Position numbers and translations under genes: made by a program | Part shown: in pieces, positions 1 to 11,600 of the stretch | How the letters are laid out: each line of letters starts with the position of its first letter | Position numbering within the stretch: position 1 is the stretch's first letter | Assembly: GCA_963845755.1 (NCBI GenBank) | Contig: CAWJTV010000014.1 | Coordinates: 27,371 to 91,370 of the forward strand | DNA from: an uncultured Planctomycetota bacterium | GTDB lineage: Bacteria > Planctomycetota > Planctomycetia > Isosphaerales > Isosphaeraceae | Reading direction: 5' to 3' | Length of the DNA stretch: 64,000 bases | The notes under the pieces: model-generated | Databases searched by the model: none | What the model saw: only the letters and a program-made list of their open reading frames with translations | What the model was told of the DNA's origin: nothing

Positions 1-1161
1 CGCTTCTGCCAGCTCTGCGGCGTCGAGCCCTATTTCGCGGCGAACGTCGGCACCGGCTCGCCCGAAGAGTTCCAGCAATGGGTCGAGTATTGCAACGCAC
101 CCGCGGGTTCGACGACCCTCGCCGACGAGCGGTCGGCCAACGGCCGCCGCGAACCGTTCGGCATCCGCTACTGGGGCGTCGGCAACGAGAGCTGGGGATG
201 CGGCGGCAAGTTCATACCCGAAGACTACTGTCGCGAGTACCGGCGGTTCACCGAGTGGGTGCCGTCCTATGGAGTTGACCTCTACCTGATCGCCGCCGGT
301 CCCAACAGCAACGACCTCGACTGGACCCGCCGGTTCTTCGCCCGATGGGCCGACGGCGCGCAGGCGCCCATCCACGGCTGGGCCCCTCACTACTACTGCG
401 GGACCACGGGCCACGCCCTCAAGTTCAGCCGCGACCAGTGGTACGAGCAGCTCTTCAAGGCCAACAAGATGGAGGCCCTCATCAAGGACCAGTGGACTGC
501 CATCGGCGAATTCGACCGCAAGCACACGATCAAGCTGATCGTCGACGAGTGGGGGAGCTGGCATCCGGCCGGGACCGAGATCAACCCGCGCCACCTCTTC
601 GAACAGATGGGCACCCTGCGCAATGCGCTCGTGGCCGCCCTCTCGCTCGACACCTTCAACCGCCATGCCGACAAGGTCAACATGGCGAACGTCGCGCAGC
701 TCGTGAACAACCTCCACTCGCTGTTCCTGGCCGATGGTGACCAGTTCGTCGCGACCCCGACTTTCCACGTCTACGCCATGTATCGCGCGCATCAGGGTGC
801 CAAGTCCGTGCGGATCGACGTCCAGGCGGATGAGCTCACGTTCCAGTCGGCCGGCGGCCAGGCCGAGCGGATCTTCCGCCTCGCCGGCTCGGCCTCGCGC
901 ACGGGCCTCAAAGACATTACGTTGACCCTCGTGCATACTCATGCAACCGAACCCGCGGAGATCGCGATTCGACTCAAAGCCGGCGCGGCGGAAGACGTGC
1001 GGCACACGGTCCTCACCGACTCCGAGTTGAACGCCCATAACACGTTCCAACGCCCGGATGCCGTGAAGCCCCGGACGCTCCCCAACGCGTCGCGTGGGGC
1101 CGAGCTCCGCGGCACGCTCCCACCCGCCTCGGTCAATCGCTTCGAGATCCGCCTGGCGTGA
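1..1161 (+). CDS. abfA: Alpha-L-arabinofuranosidase, GH51 family (5'-truncated by window edge)
   Basis: Frame open from base 1 (RFCQLCGVEPYFAANVGTG...WGVGNESWGCGG) into ORF 259..1161, which has IVDEWGSW, NMANVAQLVNNL and AHNTF, typical of GH51. Confidence 0.85.
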   Translation, partial: RFCQLCGVEPYFAANVGTGSPEEFQQWVEYCNAPAGSTTLADERSANGRREPFGIRYWGVGNESWGCGGKFIPEDYCREYRRFTEWVPSYGVDLYLIAAGPNSNDLDWTRRFFARWADGAQAPIHGWAPHYYCGTTGHALKFSRDQWYEQLFKANKMEALIKDQWTAIGEFDRKHTIKLIVDEWGSWHPAGTEINPRHLFEQMGTLRNALVAALSLDTFNRHADKVNMANVAQLVNNLHSLFLADGDQFVATPTFHVYAMYRAHQGAKSVRIDVQADELTFQSAGGQAERIFRLAGSASRTGLKDITLTLVHTHATEPAEIAIRLKAGAAEDVRHTVLTDSELNAHNTFQRPDAVKPRTLPNASRGAELRGTLPPASVNRFEIRLA

Positions 1162-1270
1162 GAATAACACGGATGGCTGAAGCCGACGGCCGAACCGACC
1201 TTTCCACGCCTCGGACGACCGAACGGCGAACTCCCGGAATCGGCAGGATGGACGCTTCTGGTCCACAATC

Positions 1271-1286
1271 GGGCGCAAGCTTTGCT
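1271..1286 (+). promoter_or_regulatory. Possible sigma54 (-24/-12) promoter for the 1579 gene
   Basis: GGGCGCAAGCTTTGCT has GG-N10-GC spacing; imperfect match to TGGCACG-N4-TTGC. Confidence 0.3.
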
Positions 1287-1578
1287 GCGTAATCGTTCTC
1301 ATCAATCTTGGTGCGTCGCGATCTGCCACCCTTAGCCAGACTCCCTGCTTTAACATGAAAGTGGACAACAGGAAAAAGGGGGAAGACGGGTTCTGAGTGA
1401 GACGGATGAAATGGGAGATCGTCCGTGGTGGGCCGAGTGTCACTCGGCCTCTGTTCCCGGACGAATGGGAGCGCAACAACCGAGATTGTTGGATCGCATA
1501 ATCTGGGCCCGTTGGTCTGGTCGCAGATCGGTGTCCCTGTAAGTGGAGAGGATCACGCAAGTCAGGAGGTAATCACCA

Positions 1579-2340
1579 ATGCGAAACATCGTGAAAACCT
1601 GTGCCGTTCTGGCAATTCTCGGCTGGCTTGGGGGCGCGGAAAGGGCCTTCGGACAAGCCGGCTCATCCGGGCCTGCGGGGCGTGCTGCCGTAGGTCTAGA
1701 GGCTGTTGAGCAGGCTGGCTCGGTCACACCGATGCCGGCCGGGAGTGGGGCGGTCCAAACCCCATCACCGGGCTCGCTCGTGACGAGTCCCAACAACCTC
1801 GCGCAGCAGGCCAACCAGAAGGTCCAAGCCGCCACGACAGCTCCGGGAACCGGGCAGCCATCCTTGGGCAATCCGAATCCGGTGACGACCAATCCGGCAA
1901 CCATAGTACCGGGGACCGCGACTACCGGGACGCCTCCCTCGAACTACGTGCCCGGGACCGTCCCGGGATCCCCGTCTGGAGCCACCATGGTCGCACCGGG
2001 GTATGCGGGAACCGGCGAACCCGGGATGAACTACACGTCCGTCAATCCCATGGGGGTCACGATGGCTCCGGGGTCGTATTACTCCGGATTGCCGGTGACG
2101 ACCTACCGTTCGATGTACGTCACACCCGGCTACGTCCCCGCGAACCAGACCTATTACTACACCAATTCGGGGGGGACCTACGTGCCCCAGCGACGCCGAG
2201 GGCTCTTCGGCGGGCTATTCGGGCGTCGCCGCCAGGTCTATTCGACCGCGCCTTACGGTTACACGTACGGCACAGCGCCGGTCACGTATACCTACGGCAC
2301 AGCGCCGACCACGTACACCTACGTCCCGGCTCCCTATTAA
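1579..2340 (+). CDS. Secreted Pro/Thr/Gly/Tyr-rich hypothetical protein
   Basis: AGGAGG RBS; N-terminal signal peptide ending AFG-Q; low-complexity body with RRRGLFGGLFGRRR and TAPxTYTYG repeats. Confidence 0.75.
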   Translation: MRNIVKTCAVLAILGWLGGAERAFGQAGSSGPAGRAAVGLEAVEQAGSVTPMPAGSGAVQTPSPGSLVTSPNNLAQQANQKVQAATTAPGTGQPSLGNPNPVTTNPATIVPGTATTGTPPSNYVPGTVPGSPSGATMVAPGYAGTGEPGMNYTSVNPMGVTMAPGSYYSGLPVTTYRSMYVTPGYVPANQTYYYTNSGGTYVPQRRRGLFGGLFGRRRQVYSTAPYGYTYGTAPVTYTYGTAPTTYTYVPAPY

Positions 2341-2850
2341 TCGGTATCGGGAAAATCGAACTCGGCTCATGAGCCGGGAAGGGTAACCACACTCGACCCC
2401 GGCTCCCGGCTAGTGGATGCAACTCACCATCCCGCCTCGACTTCTGGTGATTTGCACCCATCCTGCACCCAAGGGTGTTACCCGAATCGGCCCATGAGCC
2501 TCCTCTTTCCCAAGTTTCGTTTCCCCTCTGGATTGTCGTCCTCGCCGAGCCCTCCACACGCCGAGTCCAGCGATCCTCACCGGCTCCCACGCAGTGAGCT
2601 TCCAAGGAAGCGCAGGATCCCGCCGATTCACCCGAGCCGCCACATCTTGTTGGTTCGGTTCCGGAACCTTATCCTGGAACAACTCTTGCGGTGTGCGAGG
2701 GGTCGCCGATCGACCGTGGCTGGACAAGGGTCTCCCAGCAGTGAGCCGGGCGAGCGGTGCGATTCGCCGATGTGACGAACGACCCACCAGCACCAGTCGC
2801 ACACTCCCGGAACAGCTTCCACGTTCGACTCGCGATGGCAGGAGACGGTC

Positions 2851-4933
2851 ATGGACAGCGGTGGCCGACCCATCCACAGATACGGAGTCTTCCATGGCGC
2901 CCTGAGACGCATCGGTCTCGCGGAGCTCGTCGTGCTGCTGGCGGTCCTCACGGGGATCGCGCTCCAGGCGGCGGAACCACCTCGTCGTGCCACGAAGAAT
3001 CAGGCCGATCTGGCTGCCTATGACGCCCTGATCACCGCCGAGGACCGCGACCACTGGGCCTTTGCGGCGCTCAAGGCCCCGAAAGTGCCAGAGGTCCAGA
3101 AGACCGCCTGGGTGCAAAATCCGATCGATCGGTTCGTGCTGGCCGGGCTCGAGCGCCGCGGCTGGGCTCCGGTGCGACCGGCCGAGCCCCGCGCGCTGGT
3201 GCGCCGGCTGTTTCTCGACGTGACCGGGTTGCCCCCCTCGCCCGACGAACAGGCCGACTTCCTGAAGGAGTTCGCACGAGAACCCGACGCGGTCGAGCGA
3301 TGGGTCAACCGATTGCTAGCCCGTCCCGCCTACGGCGAGCGATGGGCCCGATACTGGCTCGACCTGGTCCGCTTTGCCGAAACCAACGGTTACGAGCGCG
3401 ACGCCACCAAACCCTTCGTGTGGCGTTATCGCGACTATGTCATCCGCGCCTTCAATGCGGACAAGCCCTTCCATCGGTTCGTGATCGAGCAGTTGGCCGG
3501 CGATGAGCTGCCGACAGACGAAGTCACAGCCGAAACCTTGATCGCCACCGGTTATTATCGGCTCGGTCCCTGGGACGACGAGCCGGCCGACCCGAAGCAA
3601 GACCGCTACGACCAGCTCGACGACATCGTCAACACGACGTCCGAGGTCTTCCTCGGGCTGACGATGGGCTGCGCCCGTTGCCACAATCACAAGTTCGAAC
3701 CGCTGACCATGCATGACTATTACCGGATGGTCGCGATCTTCGAACCGCTCCAACGACCGGTAAACGGCCGCACCGAGCTGACCCTTCCACTCGGAACCGA
3801 GGCGCAGCTTTCGACGGTTCAGAAAAAGGGGAAGTCGCCCACTCTCTCGCAAGGGTATTTCCTCCACGAACCGTCCGCGAAATCGCCGGTCAGCCACCTC
3901 CTGTTCCGGGGCCAGGCGTCAAGCCCGGGTCCCCTGGTCGGACCGGGCATCCCCACCGTGCTGGTCCCCGCTCAGCCCAGCTTTCCTACGCCCCGACCCG
4001 GCATCAACACCTCGCAGCGTCGACTCACTCTGGCGCGATGGGTGACCAGCAAAGAAAACTCGCTCACGGCCCGCGTGATCGTCAACCGCGTCTGGCAAAA
4101 CCATTTCGGCGCCGGACTGGTTCGAACTTCCAGCGACTTCGGCACGATGGGCGAACCCCCGACCCATCCGGAGCTGCTGGACTGGTTGGCCTGCTGGTTC
4201 ATCGAGCATGGCTGGAGTCTCAAGGCGCTGAACCGACTGATCTTGACCAGTTCCACGTACCGGCTCAGCACCCAATCCCATCCGCGATACTTCGCTGAGG
4301 ATCCCGAGGACCGGCTGCTCTGGCGGATGCCGTACCGACGTCTGGAAGTGGAAGTGATCCGCGACGCGATTCTGACCGCGAGTGGCCGGCTCAACCAGAC
4401 GATGTACGGACCCAGTGTTTATCCCGCGATCTCGCAGTCGGCCCTGGCCGGACACAGTGACCCCGATAAGATCTGGCGTGCGTCTGACGAGGTCTCCGCC
4501 TCGCGGCGAACAGTCTATGTGTTCCTGAAGCGGTCGCTGATCGTCCCGATGCTCGAAGTCCTGGACCTGTGCGACACCGCTCGATCGACGGCCCGCAGGA
4601 GTTCCACCAACGTGCCGACCCAGGCCCTGACACTTCTCAACAGCGACTTCGTCAACCGGCAGTCTCGATACCTTGCCGACCGATTGGAACAAGAGGCTGG
4701 CGCCGATCTCGCATCGCAGATCGAGCGTGCGTATCTGCTGACCATCGGCCGTCTGCCCAGCCCGGTCGAATGCAAGACTCTGCTCGCATTCCTGGAACAC
4801 GAATCCCGAGGTCAGCTTGCCGATGCCGCGCAGCACGGGGACTTCCCTCACGATCCCCGAGGTGCAGCATCGGGCCCTGGCACAGCTCTGCCGCGCGGTC
4901 TTCAATATGAGTGAGTTCGTTTATGCAGACTGA
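2851..4933 (+). CDS. DUF1549/DUF1553 planctomycete protein (frameshift near 4846)
   Basis: HWAF, NPIDRF, YGERWARYWLD, CARCHNHKFEP, ARVIVNRVWQNHFG, PTHPELLDWLA; the typical tail ALAQLCRAVFNMSEFVYAD* is in a shifted frame ending 4933. Confidence 0.85.
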
Positions 4934-4952
4934 TCGGATCGGGAGAAGACCG

Positions 4953-6467
4953 ATGACGCCCACAACCCATTCCTCCCGTTTCCGTCCCAATCCGATGCCG
5001 TGCGGCCGCACCCGCCGAGAGTTCCTCTGGGAGGTCGGCGGTGGGTTTGCCGGCCTGGCGCTGATCGACCTCCTCTCGAGGCAGGGCTTCTTTCCGGGCG
5101 TCGCTGCGGCGGAAGCCGCTTACGACAAGACCGCGAAGGGGTCGGCGATTCCGGCCGGGTCGCATGTGCTCGCACCCAAACCGAGCCACTTCCCCGCCAA
5201 GGCGAAGCATGTCGTTTTCCTCTTCATGAATGGCGCCCCGAGTCAGGTTGACACCTTTGATGACAAGCCGGCGCTGGAGAAGTACCACGGGACAGCCTAC
5301 CAAGGAAAGACGCCCATCGGTTCCAATGGACGCCCGGTCGGTCTCCTGATGAAATCGCCGTTCCGTTTCACCAGGCATGGTCAGAGTGGGCTGGAGATCA
5401 GCAGTTTGTTCCCGCATACTGCTCGGTTCGCGGACGACCTGTGCGTGATCCGCTCGATGTATACCGATACGGCCGCGCACGCCTCCGGCTGTCTCCAGAT
5501 GAACACGGGTAGTGTGGTGATCGGTAAGCCGAGCCTGGGTTCCTGGCTGAGCTATGGGCTGGGGACCGAGACCGAGGAACTTCCCAGCTTCGTGGTGATG
5601 ACCGATCCGCGCGGGGGTCCGATCTCGGGCGCCTCGAACTGGGCGGCGGGGTTCATGCCGGCCGCGTATCAGGGGACCCTGTTCCGCAGCAAGGGTTCGC
5701 CGCTGCTGGACCTGGCGACGCCCGAAGGAACGAGTTCGCGTTCCCAACGGGATACCCTGGATCTGATCCAGGACCTGAACCGCAATCATCTGAAGGCTCA
5801 TCGCGACGAAACCGAGTTAGCCGCCCGGATTCATTCTTACGAGCTGGCGTTCAAGATGCAGACGGCCGCCGCCGCGGTCGTCGATCTGGACCGAGAGGAC
5901 GCACGAACCCGGACGCTTTACGGTCTGGACGATGAACGGACTCGAGACTTCGGCAGCAAATGCTTGCTGGCCCGACGACTCCTGGAGCGCGGCGTGCGGT
6001 TCATCCAGCTCTACTCGGGCGGCGGCCACCTCGAGGACACCTGGGACGGGCATTCCGACTGCATCAAGAACCACACGCTGCATGCCGGAGAGACCGACCA
6101 ACCGGTCGCCGCACTCCTCACCGACCTGAAGCGGACCGGCCTCTGGGACGAGACCCTGATCGTCTGGGGCGGCGAGTTTGGCCGCACGCCCACCAGTGAG
6201 GGCCTTAACAAACCCGGCCGCGACCATAACCCCTACGGATTCACCATGTGGCTCGCGGGTGGCGGAGTTAAGGGCGGCCAGGCCATCGGCTCGACCGACG
6301 AGCTGGGGTTCAACGCGGTGGAAAACCGTTGCCACGTCTCCGACCTTCACGCCACCATCCTCCACCTCCTGGGCCTGGACCACACGCGCCTGACGTATTT
6401 CTACCAGGGGTTCGACCATCGGTTGACCGGGGTTCGTGGCCAGGTCGTCACCCGATCTCTGGCGTGA
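4953..6467 (+). CDS. DUF1501 domain protein with Tat-like signal
   Basis: TRREFL motif, KAKHVVFLFMNGAPSQVDTFD, GGEFGRTP, GRDHNP; canonical partner of DUF1553 genes. Confidence 0.9.
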   Translation: MTPTTHSSRFRPNPMPCGRTRREFLWEVGGGFAGLALIDLLSRQGFFPGVAAAEAAYDKTAKGSAIPAGSHVLAPKPSHFPAKAKHVVFLFMNGAPSQVDTFDDKPALEKYHGTAYQGKTPIGSNGRPVGLLMKSPFRFTRHGQSGLEISSLFPHTARFADDLCVIRSMYTDTAAHASGCLQMNTGSVVIGKPSLGSWLSYGLGTETEELPSFVVMTDPRGGPISGASNWAAGFMPAAYQGTLFRSKGSPLLDLATPEGTSSRSQRDTLDLIQDLNRNHLKAHRDETELAARIHSYELAFKMQTAAAAVVDLDREDARTRTLYGLDDERTRDFGSKCLLARRLLERGVRFIQLYSGGGHLEDTWDGHSDCIKNHTLHAGETDQPVAALLTDLKRTGLWDETLIVWGGEFGRTPTSEGLNKPGRDHNPYGFTMWLAGGGVKGGQAIGSTDELGFNAVENRCHVSDLHATILHLLGLDHTRLTYFYQGFDHRLTGVRGQVVTRSLA

Positions 6468-6675
6468 GCCGAAGGATCGTCTGCAAGATTCGGGAAACGG
6501 CTCGAAATCGCTCCCCGATCTCGAGAGGGATTTACCATCGCCGTGCGATGCTGTTCCCATGCTGCCGCGGTCGGGTCCAAGAAAATGGTCAGATTCCGAA
6601 AAAAAGAGGAAGGAACGACGGCCGCCAAGGCATTATGGAATGCGGCTGGGTCTGGCAATTGGTGGGGGCACTCTG

Positions 6676-8565
6676 ATGGGGATTCGACTTCGCGGGCACG
6701 CGATCCACGAGATCCAGACCCTGTTTAGCTCCGGGGCGATGGGTTCCTGGACCGACGGGCAGCTCCTGGCCCAGTATCTGAGCGAGCAGGAAGGAAGCGA
6801 GGCCGCGTTACGAGTCCTGATCCACCGTCACGGTCCGCTGGTCCTGGGAGCGTGTCGCCGGATCCTGGGTGACGAGCACGCGGCGGAGGATGCGTTCCAG
6901 GCCACGTTCCTCGTCCTCGTCAAGAAGGCGGCGGCGCTCCGCGATTGCAAGTTGCTGACCAACTGGCTCTACGGGGTCGCCCTCCGGGTCGCCAAGAAGG
7001 AGCGCGGCGAAGGCCGCACGGCGGCGCGTCGTCGAACGGCAAGCCGGCAACGCACGGCCGTGGTGGCAGGAGGAGGACCCGGAAAGTGCGGAACTGAGGT
7101 TCGTCATCGACGAGGAGATCCACAGGATGCCGGAGCGGTATCGGCTGCCGTTGATCCTCTGCCATCTGGAGGGCCTCCGTCACGAGGAAGTCGCACGACG
7201 GCTGGGCTGCGCCGTGGGGACCGTCGAGAGTCGCCTGTCGCGGGCCCGGGAGCAATTGCGTTTGCGATTAATCCGTCGCGGTCTCGCGCCGACGGCCTCG
7301 GTGCTCGCCTTGGCTCCGAACCCCCTGGACTCCTCGGCGGCCGTTACCGTCTCTTCGATGATCGAGCCGACCGTTCAGGCCGCGATCACGCTGTCGAGCC
7401 GGCGGCGCCGGCGGCCTATCGGCCATCGTCCATGGTGTTGTCCACAGCGTCTTGAGGCTCTACCCGACGCTCCAGTCCGGCGTGCTCGTCTCGACGTTTC
7501 TGGCCTGCGTCGGCGTGGTCGCGGTGGGACTCGCGGTCTTCCGGGCCGACCGAGAACCGCCCCAAGCTCACGCAACCGCCGTCGATCCGCCAGCGAACAT
7601 GCCCCCGAAGCGCTCCGGGCCGGAAGCGACGAAGACGAGCCCGGAATCGCCGCGGGTGTCGGAGGTGGCCTCCGTCGTACAGCCGCCCTCCGAGACCCCT
7701 CGAGGCGGCGATGAGCCGCCGAAGCCGCAAGAAAAAAAGGGGCGACGACCCTCGTTCCAGGCATCGGAAAAGCGTCAAATCCGAGTTGAGCCGGAGAAAC
7801 CCCCGCGCGCCTCGGTCGTCCACGCACCGTCACTCACCGGGATCACCATCGACGGCCAACTGGACGACTGGCCCGCCGCAATGCCGCGGTATCCCATCGA
7901 TAAGTTGTTGGGCGCGGACCCCGCCGGTTGAACTCGACACGGGAGGGCTCAACGGCGCCGACCTGTCGACCAGCGGGGATCTGAGCGCAGCCTTCTCGGT
8001 CGGTTACGACCCGAAGGCGCAACTGGTCTACCTGGCCGTGATCGTTCGCGACGACAAACTCGTCATCGGACACACCAGCCCTTTCGATACCGACGCCGCC
8101 GAGGTTTACGTCGATGGGCTCCACAGCGACCGAACGGTCCCCTACCCCGCTACCGAAAAAGCCTTCGAAACCGGACTCGCCGGCTTCCCGGTCCAGCAAT
8201 ATATCGCCATCGCGGGCAAGGGCCGGATCTACGGAGTGCGGCAGGTGACCAACCCGGTCGTGATTGGCGGGGACGTGAGGAAAACCCGGACGAAGATGGC
8301 CTACAGCCGCAAGGGCGACGTCACGATCTACGAGTGGGCGATCCAGGTCTTTGACCAGTACCCGGACAGACCGACTCGGCTTGAGGCCGGCAAGAAGATC
8401 GGGTTCGACATTGCCGTGGTCGACAAGGACGTCCCGGCGACCACGGAAAAGGGAATGACCGAGCCGCGATCCGATCGGTCCGCCTGGATCTACTGGGGCC
8501 CGCCATGGCACGGCCAGAAGACGTACGACGCCGGCTCGCTCGGCACGCTGATCCTTGGGAATTGA
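6676..8565 (+). CDS. ECF sigma factor with transmembrane segment and C-terminal CBM9/DOMON-like sugar-binding domain (about 3 frameshifts)
   Basis: Pieces in successive frames: sigma2 (HGPLVLGACRRILGDEHAAEDAFQATFL), sigma4 (PERYRLPLILCHLEG...GTVESRLSRAR), a hydrophobic helix, then ITIDGQLDDW...YLAVIVRDD...EVYVD...IGFDIAVVD. Confidence 0.75.
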
Positions 8566-8649
8566 CGGAAGGCGACAACGAACACCTCGTTCGTAATCGA
8601 GCCTCATTTCGATGATCGGGCTTGGCTTTCATGCGGGCTGTCGTGAGGC

Positions 8650-11600
8650 TTACTCCCACGTCCGCGCCCGTGCGTAATAGTCGAGCATGGTGCTGACGAT
8701 CCGCTTCTTCTCGTTGAGCGCCACGAACATCACCAGGCCAATCCCCAGCCCCAGCATGATCGCCCACTTGGCGAAGGCGTAATCGAGGCTCACGCGGCCC
8801 ATCTCGTAGACGAGGTCGAGCACGAAGGTGGTCAGCCCCAGCCAGAGGAACGTCTGCAATCGCAGGCCGATGCCGGCGACGATGCCCAGCAGCGAGACGA
8901 GCAAGAGCGTCAGCCAGGCGCCGAAACTGTCGAACTGCCAGATGGGCGCGGCAAGTGATGCATAGACGATCATCAGTCCGACCGATCGAATCGCGTTGAC
9001 CGTGTCCCGGCCCAGCTCGCGGTTGACCTCGGCGAAGAGGATCGTCGAGAGGCCCACGGGGACGAAGTAGAACTGGGGATGGTCGGCCAGCATCCAGCCC
9101 AGCCGGCTCCAGGTGACCCACAGCGCCGCGTTGCAGAAGACGGCCGCTGCATAGCCTAGCCACTTCCATCGCATCTGGGCACACGCCACGGCATAGAACG
9201 TCGCCGCGGCCGACAGGTAGAAGAGACTCACCCCATCTCGCACGCCCGTCGCGAGGAATTGAAGCAGGGGCAACAGCGGCAGGATCAGCGAGACATACCG
9301 CGTCGGGCGGACGTAGCATTCCGGTCCCTGGAGCCGCGCCAGGGCCTCGGAGAGGGCCAAGTCGATGTAGCCCAGGAGGGTCAAGATCGCCGCGTCGGCG
9401 GCGGTCGACATCGGGAACGCCAGCCGGTAGTCGATGTAGGCTCCGATCATCAGCCCGTGCGACAGGTAGACCAGCCACTCCGTCCGCCATCGTGGCACGA
9501 GCAGGATGTGCAGGACAGCCGCTGCCAGCAGGACGCCAACGCCCGCGAACGTCCCCCATAGCCCGAGAGCGGGGGCGTGGGTCCCGGCCGCCAGCACGAC
9601 CGCTCCCGCGAACATCGCGGACACCGACGCCACGCTCTCCATGGCCTGGGCGAGCTTGCGTCGAAGGGAATGGCCGGAATCGGAATCCTCGAGCACGCCT
9701 TTCGCCTTGGGACGCGATCCCTCGATGCGCAGCAGCCCAGCCAGCCACCAGAGCAGGAATGCGGCCGCGACGGCACCCGAGGCGCCCCAGGTTCCCTCGA
9801 TCTCGAGCCCGACGAATCCCAGCCATCGGGACACGAGCCGGCCGGCGAACCACCAGGCAGCCGCGAGGGCCACGCTGCCCATGGCGGCGACCAGCGGCGA
9901 GCCGAGCGTCAGGCCGCCGAATCCCAGCGTGAGTGCGCCCAGGAACAGGGACGCGACCGTCGTCAATGCGACGGTCCCGCCCGTGAACGCCGCGGCCAGG
10001 ATCGCCAGGATACAAGCCTGGTACGACATGGCGCGGCTCGATCGCCCCGACCGGACATCCCCCAGCCAGCTCAGTTCCTGCCAGCTCTCGCCGCGGGTGT
10101 ACCTTCGCCAGAACAGGACCGCGGCCAGTCCAGCCATCGCCGTGACCGTGGGATAATAATCGGCTGCCGACGAGAGCTGCCCGGCCAGCGGCGAGGACGC
10201 AACACCCAGCCACCACAAAGCCAACACCCCAATCCAGTGGAGACTGATCAAGAGATTCTCCGGCTCCGCCGAAATCCGACCCTCGGGATCCGCCCCCTCG
10301 ATCACCAGGAAGAACGAGGCCAGGCCGAGCGTCGCCAGCAGGATCCACCAGTCCGCGGTCGTGGAATTCACCCCGAACGGCCCCTGCCCCATCATCGCCG
10401 CACCCATCCCGCCGAGGACGATGCCGATCGCCAGGACGGCCGCCACTCCGAAGAGCACCAGGGCCCAGTTTCGTACGACCGGGACATATCCCGCATCGAC
10501 CACACCGAGCCGGGCGCAGACCCTGGCTTCGTGCGATCGGGCCACGCGCTCGAGCATCGAAAGCCCCAGCGCCAGGACCATGCCGGCCATCGCCAACGCA
10601 CTCCCTGACGTCAACGACGGCGCGATCACCGCAACCACGCTCCAGACCAGGAAGGTGAGCCCCACATGGACGCATTCGCGTCGCGGGTACGCCCGAAGCA
10701 TCGCGATCGAGAGCAGGGACAGCGCCAGCGGCAACCAGGGATGCGCCGTCCAGGCGATCGCCCGATCCACGCTCAGGCCGATTCGCAGCGCCAGGGCGAT
10801 CAGCCCGGCAACGATCGACGCATGGAACAAAGGAGATTCGTAGGCGAGCGGGCGCAGCCCTAGCCGGGCGCAAAGGGCGGCTTTCGATCGCTGGATCAAG
10901 ACGCCGACCGCCCAGAGTACGAAGGCCGACGACATCGCGAAGCCCACCACTCCGATCACCGGCATCGTGGCCAGCCATCGGAAATAACAGGCCGCGCCCA
11001 GTGCGGCCACAACCCCATAGAGCCACTCGGCACGCGCCAAGCTCTTGACCGTAAGGAGGAACGCCAGCGCCGCCATCGCCAACGTCACGGATGAGCGATC
11101 CGCCAGCAGGATGCCCAGGATCGCCAGTGCCACGGTCCAGTGGTAGAGCGGTCGCGCACACGACCGGACCCAATCGCCCCCCAGCGTTTCGCAACCGAAC
11201 GCGATCGCCCAGAAGACGATCGCCTCGACCACCGCACAGAGGCCGAGCACGAAGGCCATCCTGGGGTCGTTGTTCCCCACGCTGAACAGGACCAGGTACG
11301 TCGCCGTCACGACGTGGAACACGGCCGCGTAGGTCAACTCGACCTGCCGTAGGGTCCGCGCCAGCAGCATCGTCGCCGTCGCGGTCAAGGCCAGGGCGAT
11401 CGCGCCGAGACGGTATGTGGACACGGTCATGAAGCGGGATCCGACGGACGAGGCCGAGGCCGACGGCCGTCAGGAACAGGCTCATGTTCAAGCAGGGCCC
11501 GGCGTAGAAGTCCAACCCGCCGCGCCGGCGTGTGAGAGACCCCGCCATCCACAGCGAAATGGCCAACAGCCCCGTCACCACAGCGAGCCATCCGGTCGCC

